DNA from: Candidatus Sumerlaeia bacterium | Lineage (GTDB): Bacteria; Sumerlaeota; Sumerlaeia; SLMS01; JANRJK01 | DNA: 64,000 bases | Direction: 5' to 3' | NCBI GenBank assembly: GCA_033764015.1 | Contig: JANRJK010000036.1 | Location: 192,001-256,000 of the forward strand | Part shown: piece after piece, positions 29,132 to 39,300 of the stretch | Layout of the letters: every line of letters begins with the position of its first letter | Numbering within the stretch: position 1 is the first letter of the stretch | Program-made: the position numbers and the translations under genes | The notes under the pieces: generated by a model | Seen by the model: the letters and a program-made list of their open reading frames with translations, nothing else | What the model was told of the DNA's origin: nothing | Database searches by the model: none

Positions 29132-29386
29132 ATGCGCTACCTTGGCCGTGAAGAGAACCACCTGCTGGGCCTGTCGCTGGCGGAAATGAAGATCATGTAC
29201 CGGTGCATCTGGAACGAGCTGAAGGCGACGGGAACGCTCGGGATCGATGAAGAGGCGAGCGACCTGCTGCATGACCTGCAGACGGTGCTGCAGGCGGAGG
29301 CGACGCGGAGCGGTGTCGAACTGGCGAACCACTCGGAGTGGGCGGACTTCGTCGGGATCGACGGCGGGTCTTGCACCCGGCGCTGA
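29132..29386 (+). CDS. Small hypothetical protein
   Basis: 84 aa, GGAG RBS, protein-like composition. Confidence 0.65.
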   Translation: MRYLGREENHLLGLSLAEMKIMYRCIWNELKATGTLGIDEEASDLLHDLQTVLQAEATRSGVELANHSEWADFVGIDGGSCTRR

Positions 29387-29455
29387 GCGCGCGGCCCCTT
29401 GACCGCAATGCCGGGCGCGCTGCGCCCTGAACCAACCCGCAAAGGACTGCCCACG

Positions 29456-29887
29456 ATGGGTTTCTTCAGCAAGCTGTTCGGCGGCAAGGACGCCGCTCCC
29501 GCTCCGAAGGCGGACGCCAAACCCGCGAGCCCGGCGGGGGGGTCTTCTCAATGGGAAGGCAACGCGGGCGTTCCCCAGGAACTGGCCGCGTCGGAAGTGC
29601 AGGCGCTGTTGAAGGGGGCGGAGCCGCCGCTGCTGATCGACGTCCGCGAGGACCACGAGCTTGCGGCGTCGGGGTGGATCCCGGGAAGCAAGCACATCCC
29701 CATGCACTCGATCCAGGGGGTGGCGGCGACCGAGCTGGATCCGCAGCGGCACGTGGTGGTCTACTGCGCGTCGGGAATGCGCAGCATGGAGGTCGGGGCC
29801 TTCCTTTTGGAGCAGGGCTTCCGGCAGGTAAGCAATTTGAACGGTGGCTTGAACGCCTGGACGGGCCCGGTCGAGCGGGCATCCTGA
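29456..29887 (+). CDS. Rhodanese-like domain protein
   Basis: LIDVRE, IPGS, active loop YCASGMRS, NLNGGLNAW. Confidence 0.9.
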   Translation: MGFFSKLFGGKDAAPAPKADAKPASPAGGSSQWEGNAGVPQELAASEVQALLKGAEPPLLIDVREDHELAASGWIPGSKHIPMHSIQGVAATELDPQRHVVVYCASGMRSMEVGAFLLEQGFRQVSNLNGGLNAWTGPVERAS

Positions 29888-29903
29888 ACGAAGGAGCGGC
29901 ACC

Positions 29904-30419
29904 ATGAATCGCACCATCCCGATTGTCGCGGCGACGCTGCTGGCGGTCGCCGGCGCGTCCGCGCAGGGAACCCAACGGACGGCCACCGCGGGCGAGACGG
30001 TTTTCGTCAGCTCGCGGGAGGCGGTACTGCGGCAGACATCCTCGCCGAGTTCGCCGGTGGTGGCCACGCTCGGCCAAGGCGCCGCGCTGACCGTGCGCGA
30101 GGTGCAGGGCCTGCGCTACCTGGTCGAGACCGGCACCGGGCAGCGCGGCTACATCGTGCGCTTGAACACGTCGGCGACGCGCCCCCGGACGACGACGGAC
30201 GGGATGGGCGGGCTGCTGCGCGACGACCGCGGGGCGGCGGAGCAGCGCACCTCGGGCTCGATCCGCGGCCTGCGTCCGGAAGCCATCAAGATGCGCGAGG
30301 ACGGCGAAGTGGGCAGCGCCACGGTGGACGACGTCACGGCGATGCAGGATCTGGCGGCGTCGATCACGGACGCGGAAATCGACGCGTTCAACGCCGAGGG
30401 CGGGGTGGTGGCGCCATGA
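29904..30419 (+). CDS. Secreted SH3-like domain protein
   Basis: AAGGAG RBS, signal peptide, LRQTSSPSSPVVATLGQG...GQRGYI; TSGSIRGL motif. Confidence 0.8.
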   Translation: MNRTIPIVAATLLAVAGASAQGTQRTATAGETVFVSSREAVLRQTSSPSSPVVATLGQGAALTVREVQGLRYLVETGTGQRGYIVRLNTSATRPRTTTDGMGGLLRDDRGAAEQRTSGSIRGLRPEAIKMREDGEVGSATVDDVTAMQDLAASITDAEIDAFNAEGGVVAP

Positions 30420-31294
30420 ACAAGCTCATGACCGCGGGGCTCGCGGCGGCGCTGCTCGCCGCCGCGGGATGCACGGGAACGCTCGATTCGTCGGCGCTCC
30501 AGGAGTCGATCCGGACCGGTTTCGAGATCGCCGGCAACCGGGAGCAGGGGGAGCAGGCGGCCTCGGCGACGGGCGACCTGCTGGGAACGTTCGCGCCGCT
30601 GCCGCCGGAGCAGGAGCGGGCGCTCGGCGAAGGGATCGCGCTCACCGCGCTCGAGACGCACGGCGCGCGGCTTCCCGACGAGGCGCTGCAGCGTTACGTG
30701 AACCTTGTGGGGCGTAGCGTCGCGCGGGCGGCGTCGCGGGCGGAGCTGACCTACATGGTCGCCGTGACCGACTCGGACGGCTACAATGCGTTCGCGGGTC
30801 CGGGGGGGTACGTGTTCGTCACGCGCGGACTTGTCGGGCTGATGCGCAACGAGGCGGAACTGGCCGGCGTGATCGCCCATGAGATCGCGCACCTGGAGAA
30901 GCGGCACCTGGAGCAGTCGATGCGCCGCGAGCAGTTCTTCCGCGGCCTGCAGACGGCGCTCCGCGCGGGGGGCAACGACACGGACTACGGACAGGCGGTC
31001 GGTTTCGGGCAGGACATCCTGTTCACGCGAGGCTACGAGCCGAGGTTCGAGTTCGAGGCGGACGCGCTCGGCGCGCAGATCGCCGCGGCGGCGGGCTACG
31101 ATCCGAACGGCCTGCGGGACCTGCTGGCGCGGCTCGGCCAGCAGCAGGCGCAGAACGGCGGATGGCTACAGACGCATCCTGCCTCATCGCGCCGGGTGGC
31201 GGAATTGAACCGCATGCTGGGCGAGGGGCTTGGCTCACTGGGCGGCGCGGTGAACGAGGAGCGGTTCCAGCGCGCGACCGCCTCTATCCGGTAG
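30416..31294 (+). CDS. M48 family zinc metalloprotease lipoprotein
   Basis: Lipobox AAGC; NAFAGPGG, ELAGVIAHEIAH, EFEAD, THP; ATGA overlap with the SH3 gene. Confidence 0.92.
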   Translation: MNKLMTAGLAAALLAAAGCTGTLDSSALQESIRTGFEIAGNREQGEQAASATGDLLGTFAPLPPEQERALGEGIALTALETHGARLPDEALQRYVNLVGRSVARAASRAELTYMVAVTDSDGYNAFAGPGGYVFVTRGLVGLMRNEAELAGVIAHEIAHLEKRHLEQSMRREQFFRGLQTALRAGGNDTDYGQAVGFGQDILFTRGYEPRFEFEADALGAQIAAAAGYDPNGLRDLLARLGQQQAQNGGWLQTHPASSRRVAELNRMLGEGLGSLGGAVNEERFQRATASIR

Positions 31295-31346
31295 CGTCCA
31301 CCGTTCGACCTTGAGCCATTGGGCCCGCGCGCCATCCACTGGCGGC

Positions 31347-34300
31347 ATGAGCGAGCCGCAGCAACCGACAGAACAGACAGCCGCGCCAGCGCCGGAGCTG
31401 CGGCGCCGGCGGCGCTGGCCGCGTGCGCTCGCAGCGCTCGCCGGCGGTGGCGCGGTTCTACTGCTCCTCGCGCCGACGCTGGCGACCACCCGCCCGGTGC
31501 TGTCGCAGGTCGAGCGCATCGCCGCGGCGAAGCTAGGCACGCCGGTCGAGATCGGCGCGCTCCGCGCCGGGTGGCTTCGGGAGGTCTCGCTGGAATCGCT
31601 CGCGGTAGGGCCCAAGGGGGGGCGGCTGCTCGAGGTCGAGGGCGTCCGAGTGCCGCTTTCGTTGCTGGACGCGCTCGGCGGCGCACCGTTCACGGTCTCG
31701 GAGCTTGAGGTGGACTCGATCCGCGCGGCGTACCTGGTCGCAGCGGACGGGTCGACGAACGCGGACGCGCTGCTGGCTGCATTGGCGGCTCTCCCCGGGG
31801 ATGCGCAGCCATCGCCCGCGGCGGAGCCGTCCGGTCAGCCCGTGGTGCCGCTCGCGGCGCTCAGGCTGGTGGTGGGGCGCATCGAGCTCGCGTACCGCGA
31901 TGAGTCGAAGGCGCCCGCGGTGGACGCTGCGCTGGTCCTCGATGGCTTGCTGCTGGATTGGCCCGACACCGCGCAGGGTGTGCGTCTGTCCGCGGAGGGT
32001 GGCATCTCCGCGCTGGGCGAGACGATTCCGTTGAGCATCTCGGTGGACGCGGACCCGGCGCTCGGCGCGGACCGGGTCTACCGCGCGGGGAACGAAACGG
32101 CGCGCGTCGAGTTCGCGCTCGGGGCGGACGGCGCACTGCTCGCTGCGGCGATGGACGCGAAGCGCGTGGGCGGCGACGCGGAGGCGGAGCTGCGTTTGCG
32201 GCTCGACCTCGGCGCGGTTGGCGCGCTTGGACCGGTGCGCGAGTCGGCGCCGCAGCTCGAGGCGCTCGAGGGAACAGTCTCGCTCGATGGCTCGGCGACG
32301 CTGGCGGCGGGGCTGGCGAACGCGGAGCTCTCGCTCAGCACGTCCGGGGCCGCCGCGACCGTGGGCGGCGCGCGGCACGCGGTGCCGGACCTGTCGGCGC
32401 GGTTGTCGGCGAGCGCGGACACGGCGGCTCGGCGGCTCGACACCATGGACGTATCAGCGTCGCTGCCGGGCGTGGAGGCGGGGCTTTCCGCGCGCGCGCT
32501 GTCGTTCGACACGGCCTCGGCGGACGCGAAGCTGGAAGCGCGGCTTTCGGTGGACGCAGGGCGCGCGTACCGGGCGCTCGCCCCGCTGGCGGGCCATGCA
32601 GCGGAACCGGTCCCCGCGGAGGGCCGCCTCGACGCGTCCTTCTCAATGTCGGGCGACCCGCGGGCGGAACGGCTTGCGGGGCGCGCGGAGGCGCGCTGGC
32701 GCGGCGGCGCGCTGCGGCTGGACGGGTTGCCGAAGGGAGCGACGCTGGCCGCCTCGGACTTTGACTTCGCGGCGGATCTGTCCGCGGTGCCCTCGGGGAA
32801 ATCGGCGGCGATGTCGGCCACCTTGACGGGCCCGGTGCTGGGGGATTGGACGCTGAAGGCGGACGGCGCGGCGGAGCCCGCCGCGTGGCGGGCGGAGTTG
32901 GCGGGCGGCTTGTCGCTCGAGACCGTCGTGTCGGCGGCGTCGGAGTTCTTGGCCGCGCCGCCGCCGGCGACCGTTTCGGGGCGCGCCAAGCTGGGCTTGG
33001 ACGCCTCGCAGGATGCCGCGGGGCGCATCGGCGTGCGGTTGCGCGCGTCGGTGGACGATGCCTCCGCCGCGATGCGCGAACCACCCATGCGGTTGCTCGA
33101 GACGGACAGCCTCAGCCTCGCGTTGGACGCCGCCTACGATCCGTCGAGCGGCGCCGTCGATGTACCTGCGGTGGCGTTCGCCGCTCCGGGCCTCCGGGCG
33201 TCGGCGAGGGGGCGCCTCGACGCCTCGCTGCGCGGGGAGTTCTCCGCGGACACCGCGGCCGACCTTGCCGAGCTGTACCGCCGCGCGGCGCCGCTGCTGC
33301 CGCCGGGGGCGCTCGAATCGCTATCCGGTGATGCGACGCTGTCGGTCGCGGGTCGGGCGTTGGCGGATGGATCGGTGCGCGCGGAGGTGACGGGGCGGCT
33401 GCCAAATGGCGAGGTCGTGTTGTCCGGCGCCCGCGCGGTGCCGCTCAGGCTGGGCGGCTTCGTCGTCGCAACGGGGGACCGCCCCGAGGCGGGCGTGACG
33501 CGGATCGGGTTGTCGAAAGGCGCGTTGAACTACGGCGAGTCGGCGAGGGCGGACTTCGGCGCCGACGCGGTGATCACCCCGGATGGCACGCGACTGGACG
33601 CCACCGCCGCCGTGTCGCTGGACCACGCGAAGGCTCTGGCGGAGGCGCCGGATTGGGCGGTCGCGCTGGTGCCCGGCGCGTTGTCGCTCGACGGAACGTC
33701 GACGTTGCGGTTGAAGGCGGCGAGCGTCACCGGCGCACCGGCGGAGTTGGAGTTCGGCGGCGGCACGCGGATCCCGGCGCTGCTCTTCGAAGGCGCCACC
33801 CCGCTCGCGGTGGAGGGGGTCGCGCTCGAATGGACCGGCAGTGCGACGGTTCCGCCCGGGGATCCGAAGCGCTCGCGGGCGGCGCTGGACGCGACGCTCG
33901 GGATCGGACTGGCGGATGCGGGGGCCGCGGTGGTGGAGCGGTTCGCGGGGGAGATCAGCGGGCGGTTCGACGGGGCCGCGGCGGAACCCGGTTCGCTGTC
34001 CGCGAAGGCCTCGATCGGGCGGGTGGACGCGTCGGCGGGGACGGCGCTGCTTTCAGTGCCCGGGATCCGGGCCGAGACGGAGGTGGCGCTCCGCTCGATC
34101 GAACCGCCGTCGGTGGAGCTTTCGGCGACGCTCGCGGCCGGTGACGGCGCCGACGTGTTCGCGGCGTCGCTGGGCACCGAGTGGACGGCGGGAGAGGCGT
34201 CCATCCCGGCCTCGGTGGAGGCGATCGTCTCGGATTTCGCCGCCGCGTCGTCCTTCGCGACACTGCCTCCGGGCGTGATGCCGGAGTTGCAGGGCCGCGC

Positions 34301-35738
34301 GGAGGCGCGCGCGGAGCTGGTGGCGGAGCTGGACGCGAAAGGCGCGCTCTCGGTGTTGCGGTCGCCGGTGACGGGCGCGCTCTCCTTCGCCGCTTCGGGT
34401 GTCGGCGCTTCGTCGCCCATGCTGGGCGACCTGCGGGGGATCGACACCACGGCGGACCTCTCCCTCGGCGGCGACTCGCTGCGGGGTTCGTTCCGCTTCG
34501 AGGGCGAGCGCCTCTACCCCGCCGCGGCGCCCGCATCCTTCAACCTCGCAACTGTGGTGGGCGGGTTCTCGCTCAACGGCTGGGAGCGGCTCGCACTGGG
34601 CGTTACAGAAGCGCGAATGCTGTCCCCCGGCCTCGAGGCGACCGGCAGCTTAGAGTTGTCGGGGTTGCGCCCGCTCCTAGCGGAGGCGGTCTTCGCGGCC
34701 GCGGAGGGACGCCCGGCCCAGCTTCCCGAAGGGGCGAAGGGGTGGCTCGACGCGGTGCCGATGCAGGCGTCGGGAACGCTCGACTTGGCGGACCTCGGGA
34801 CCTGGGGCGCGTTCCTGCCCGGGGGCTCGCTCGCCGGTTCCGCGGGGGGCGGCTTCCTGCTTCGCTCACGACCCGGGAACGACATGCGCCTCGATGGCCG
34901 GCTGGCCCTGGACGGCGTCGGGCTCGCCTGGCAGCGGCAGCTCGAGGTATCGGGCCTGTCGGGCGCGGTGCGGGTGGGCAAGACGCTGTCTCTGCGCGAG
35001 TCGGCGGCGCCCGCGGCGCAGACGGAGGCGGGCGATCTCCGCATCGCGCGGATCGAGTACCGCAGGGGGCCGCTCCGCATCGTTGCGGAGGACACCGCCG
35101 CGGCCGTGCGCGGGCTGGACGGGGGGCTCTACTTCAGCGGGGATTCGCGGCGGTTCATGGGCGGATCGGCGCGGTTCGACGGCGCGCTCCGCAAGAGCCG
35201 CGGCGTGCCGCTCGCCACGCTCGCCTTCGAAGGAACCGACCTCGATGCGCGTTCGATGGTGCCGCCGCCGGCGAGCCTGCTCCCGGATGCGCTGGCGATG
35301 AACCTGCTGGGGAACCTGCGGTGGGAGCTTCGCGGGGGGGCCGCGGGGGCGGACCCGCTGGACGGTATCGATGTTTCCTTGGAGGCGACGCGGGTGGAGC
35401 GGCGGGCGCTGGTGGAGCTGCTGCGCGCGCTGGACCCGGCGCAGCGGAATCCCCCGATCCAAGCGGGGATCGCGGCACTCGGTTTCGGGGCGCCGAACGG
35501 CGCCACCTTCAAACTTGTGAACGGGCTGGTGGGTCTGGACATCCGGGTGCAACCGCGGATCGGGCCGACGGTCCCGATGACGCTGCTGCGGCAGGTCCCG
35601 CTGGGCGAACTGTCGCGCGTTTACCGGCTCGACGCCATGGCGGCATCCGTGGCAATGCTGCGCGGCGGATTGCTGGCGTTGTTCGCGGAAACCTGGAGCG
35701 AGCTGGCGGAAGCGCTCCCCGAGGAGGAAGGCCCATGA
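31347..35738 (+). CDS. AsmA/YdbH-like (repeating beta-groove) intermembrane bridge protein
   Basis: N-terminal TM anchor followed by AsmA-type AAKLGTPVEIGALRAGWL; about 1400 aa of alternating hydrophobic beta strands. Confidence 0.75.
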   Translation: MSEPQQPTEQTAAPAPELRRRRRWPRALAALAGGGAVLLLLAPTLATTRPVLSQVERIAAAKLGTPVEIGALRAGWLREVSLESLAVGPKGGRLLEVEGVRVPLSLLDALGGAPFTVSELEVDSIRAAYLVAADGSTNADALLAALAALPGDAQPSPAAEPSGQPVVPLAALRLVVGRIELAYRDESKAPAVDAALVLDGLLLDWPDTAQGVRLSAEGGISALGETIPLSISVDADPALGADRVYRAGNETARVEFALGADGALLAAAMDAKRVGGDAEAELRLRLDLGAVGALGPVRESAPQLEALEGTVSLDGSATLAAGLANAELSLSTSGAAATVGGARHAVPDLSARLSASADTAARRLDTMDVSASLPGVEAGLSARALSFDTASADAKLEARLSVDAGRAYRALAPLAGHAAEPVPAEGRLDASFSMSGDPRAERLAGRAEARWRGGALRLDGLPKGATLAASDFDFAADLSAVPSGKSAAMSATLTGPVLGDWTLKADGAAEPAAWRAELAGGLSLETVVSAASEFLAAPPPATVSGRAKLGLDASQDAAGRIGVRLRASVDDASAAMREPPMRLLETDSLSLALDAAYDPSSGAVDVPAVAFAAPGLRASARGRLDASLRGEFSADTAADLAELYRRAAPLLPPGALESLSGDATLSVAGRALADGSVRAEVTGRLPNGEVVLSGARAVPLRLGGFVVATGDRPEAGVTRIGLSKGALNYGESARADFGADAVITPDGTRLDATAAVSLDHAKALAEAPDWAVALVPGALSLDGTSTLRLKAASVTGAPAELEFGGGTRIPALLFEGATPLAVEGVALEWTGSATVPPGDPKRSRAALDATLGIGLADAGAAVVERFAGEISGRFDGAAAEPGSLSAKASIGRVDASAGTALLSVPGIRAETEVALRSIEPPSVELSATLAAGDGADVFAASLGTEWTAGEASIPASVEAIVSDFAAASSFATLPPGVMPELQGRAEARAELVAELDAKGALSVLRSPVTGALSFAASGVGASSPMLGDLRGIDTTADLSLGGDSLRGSFRFEGERLYPAAAPASFNLATVVGGFSLNGWERLALGVTEARMLSPGLEATGSLELSGLRPLLAEAVFAAAEGRPAQLPEGAKGWLDAVPMQASGTLDLADLGTWGAFLPGGSLAGSAGGGFLLRSRPGNDMRLDGRLALDGVGLAWQRQLEVSGLSGAVRVGKTLSLRESAAPAAQTEAGDLRIARIEYRRGPLRIVAEDTAAAVRGLDGGLYFSGDSRRFMGGSARFDGALRKSRGVPLATLAFEGTDLDARSMVPPPASLLPDALAMNLLGNLRWELRGGAAGADPLDGIDVSLEATRVERRALVELLRALDPAQRNPPIQAGIAALGFGAPNGATFKLVNGLVGLDIRVQPRIGPTVPMTLLRQVPLGELSRVYRLDAMAASVAMLRGGLLALFAETWSELAEALPEEEGP

Positions 35739-36301
35739 GGAAGACAGCCCTGCCGCTCCTGCTGGCGGCGCTCGCGGCGAGCGGCTGCGGGCGGCTGCTC
35801 GACATCAACCTGTTCGTCGTCGGCGAGCAGACCGCGCTCGAGCGCCAGGTGCTCGGCGCCTACGGGGAACTGGACCGCAGCCTGCTCGCGTACTCCTCCG
35901 TCCGGGGGGTGCAGCCGGATGGCTCGCTGCGCCCGCCACCGCCGATGAGCGAGAGCCAGCGCACGGTGCAGCAGGCGATGCAGAACCGGCAGTACAACCG
36001 CGACGACCTGGATCTGCTGCTGGCCTACAAGCTGGTGGCGGAGCGGAACGACGGGCTGATCGAGGCGACGGTGCAGCCCTTCCCGGACGTGGAGCGCATC
36101 ACGTCGGAACTGGTGGCGCGCATCCTGGAGGAGGAGAACGCGGACCGCGCGGCGATCATGGCGCGGCTGCTCGCGACGGTGCCGGGGCTGCGCCCCGGAG
36201 ACGAGGCGGACGTGCGCTGGGTGTTCGCGTCGCTCAACCAGGGTATTGCTCCGGAGGGGTCGCTGCTGCAGCGGCGGGACGGCGAATGGACCACCAAGTA
36301 G
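35735..36301 (+). CDS. DUF1318 (YdbL-like) lipoprotein
   Basis: ATGA overlap; lipobox ASGC; TALERQVLG, VAERNDGLI, EENADRAAIM, LQRRDGEW. Confidence 0.75.
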   Translation: MRKTALPLLLAALAASGCGRLLDINLFVVGEQTALERQVLGAYGELDRSLLAYSSVRGVQPDGSLRPPPPMSESQRTVQQAMQNRQYNRDDLDLLLAYKLVAERNDGLIEATVQPFPDVERITSELVARILEEENADRAAIMARLLATVPGLRPGDEADVRWVFASLNQGIAPEGSLLQRRDGEWTTK

Positions 36302-39300
36302 CCACTTTCCTGATGCTCTTCGCAGCGGGCGCCGCAGGGGCCGCGGAGCCTCTACTCTCGCTGCCCGGCGACGAGGCGGCCCCGCAGGCGGATCCGCGCG
36401 GGCGCTGGCTTGTCTTCGAGCACACGAACGAAGGAACGACGAACCTGCTGCTGCTGGACCTGCGGGGCGGGCCCGGCGCCTCGCCGAAGCCGCTCGCGCC
36501 CCATCCGGCGAACAGCCGCGAGCCGCGCATTTCGCCCGACGGAAGGCGGTTGGCGTTCATCTCGACGCGGGCCGACGCGCTCGGCGACCTCTTCGTCCTC
36601 ACCCTGCCGGACGGCGAGCCGCGGCGACTGACGGATTCAACCACGTCGGATCGAGCCCCGCGCTGGATCACAGCCGATTCGATCGAGATCGAGCAGAGGC
36701 GGGGCGCCGGCTGGGAGAGAACGGTCCTCGACGCGCGCACGGGCCAGCCCGAGCCCGGCGCGGCGGCGCCCGCCGACACCGGCGCCGGGGCGCCGTTCCC
36801 GCTCCTGGCGGCGAACGGCGAGCTGGCGCTCCTGCGCGCGGACGACACGAACCGCGACGGCCGCCTCGACGATGCGGACGACGCCTCGCTTTGGCGGCGC
36901 GGCGCCGACGGCTGGAGTCAGGTGGCGCTGCCCCTGGCGGGGGCCTCGGGGTTGGCGCGCCTCGGGGACGAGCTGGTCGTCTCCGCGGAGGGCCCGGACG
37001 GGCTCGACCTCTTCGTGCTGCCGGTCGACGAGTCGCTCGCCGATCCCCCCGTGGCGGCGGATCGCGCGCAAGTGGGGGTGACCGCGGAGATGGCGGACGC
37101 GGCGGCGCTGGCGCGCTGGCGCGGGGAAGCGTTGCGGAGCGGCTCGGCGGAGGCGGCGGCGCAGTGGCTGCGCTCGGCGCTCGCGCGCGGCGAGATCGCC
37201 ACGCTGCTCGAGCCCCCCGCGTTCCTCGACGCCATGTTCTCGACGGACGCGGCCGCGCGGTGGAACTACGGCGCGCTGCGGATCGAGGCGGAGCTGCGGG
37301 GGCTCACCGTTGCCACGCTGGAAGCGGCGCAGGAATCGGCCGCGGTCGAGGCGCTCGCACGGCGCGCGCGGGCCCATGCAGCGGCGATGCCGGCGGGCGC
37401 GGACTCGGACGTGGCGGCGCAGTTCGCGCTCGCGCGCCTCGGCATGTTCGCGCGGACCGGCGATACGGCACGCGCGCTGGAGCTGGCGGCGGAGTTGGAA
37501 GGCTCGGGCGCGATGGACCGCGATCCCGGAACGCAGGCGGCGTTCCTCGCGGCGAAGGCGGGGGTCTACCGGCGCCTTGGACAATTCGACGAGAGCGCGC
37601 GGTTCCGGCTCGCCGCGCTGGGCGTGCTGCCGGCGGACGATCCCCGCGCGCGCCTCCTCGCAAGGGAGGTGCTGGGCGACGCCACGGCGCAGTCGCCGGA
37701 CGACGAGGCGCGCCTCCTCGCGATCCGCGCGGTCTCCGCGGAGAACGGACGGCTCCCCGCATTGCTGGCCGAGTCGCGCCTCGCGCAAGCGCGGCTGCTG
37801 GACCGCATCGGCGAGCCGGAACCCGCGCTCGAAGCGGCGCGTCTCGCGGTGGAGGACCCGGACACGCCCGCGGCGGCGGCTTCCGAGGCGCTCCTGCTGG
37901 AGGCCGACATCCTCGGATCAAGGGGACGGTTCGAAGAGGCGGTGCGATTGCTTGCGGCAAGCCGGGAGCGCCTCGGCGCGGAGGGCGCCGCGACGGAGGC
38001 GGCCCTGCGCGCGGCGCTGGTGCGCGGGCTCTCGGCGCAGGGCCGCGCGGAGCTGCGGGCCGGCGACGCGGCGCTGGCGCAGGCGACGTACGGGCGCCTC
38101 ACGGAGCTGGTGCCGGAGGCGTACCAAGGCTGGCGCGGGCGCGTGGCGGCGCTTGCCGCGATGCCGAACGGTCTCGACGCGGTCCGCGGGGAGCTGCGCC
38201 GCGCGGCGAAGTCCGACGCGGGCGACGCGCGCGCGCAGTACCTCTACGGGCTGCTGCTGACCTACGAGGAGTCGAAGGTGGACTCGGCGGAGAAGTACCT
38301 CCGGCGGGCGGTGGCGCTCGATGGCTCGAACGCCTTCCACCACCAGACGCTTGGCTACGTGCTGGAGCAGCGCGCGCTCCGCGGGCGGCGCAACGAGCGC
38401 CTCGCGGAGGCGCAGGAGCGCTACGAGCGCGCGCTCGCGCTGACCGACGCCGGCGCCGCGCCGCAGGACCACGCGGACCTGCTGCTGAACGCGGGCAACG
38501 CGGCGTTCGCGCAGGAGCGCTTTCCGCGCGCCTGGTCGCTCTACCTGCGGCGCGCGCAGTCGCCGTCGCCCTTCGAGAACGACGCGCAGGAGTTCCTCTT
38601 CCGCCGCTCGGCGGGAATCGCGGCGTTCCGCGCCTACGAGGCGCGGCGCGCGGAGGAGTCCTTCGCCGCGGCGCTGCGACTACTTGAGTCGCCGGGGCCG
38701 GCGCTTCTGGGCGCAACCGCCGAGCCGGTCCGCGCGGAGCTTTCCCGCGAGCTGCGCGACCGGCGCGCGCTGGCGCTGTGGCAGCTCGGCCGCGCCGGGG
38801 AGGCCGCGGAGTTGTGGGAGGGCCTCGCGCCGCTCGCCGACAAGCGCTCGATGGACGCGGTGCGGCTGCGGCGGAACGCGGCGCTGGCGCGGCTGGACCA
38901 GGTGGAGTCGAGCACGGGCGCGGCCCGTGCGGACGCGTTCGCCGCGGCGGAGGCGCAACTCGCGGAGGCGCGGGCGCTGCTGCCCGGCGCGCGCCTGGAA
39001 GGTCCGGCCAAGGGGGGACCTTTCGCTGTCGACGTCGTGGTCGCGAGCGACGCCACGACCGGTGGGGCCGACCTTCGGCTCGACCGGGCCGAGGAGGAGC
39101 GGCTTCTGCGCCTGGCGCACCTGCGGCTCGCCTCGCTGCGCGGCGACGACGAAGCCGCCGCGAGGGGCCTCGCGGACGAGTTGGCGTTCCTGTCTGCGCC
39201 GGTCCCGGAGGAGCAGCTCGCCTACCGCTCGACACAGCGCTCGCTGCTGCAGCGCCGCCTTGCGGAGGACATGCTGGCGTCCGGCGACCGGACGGGGGCC

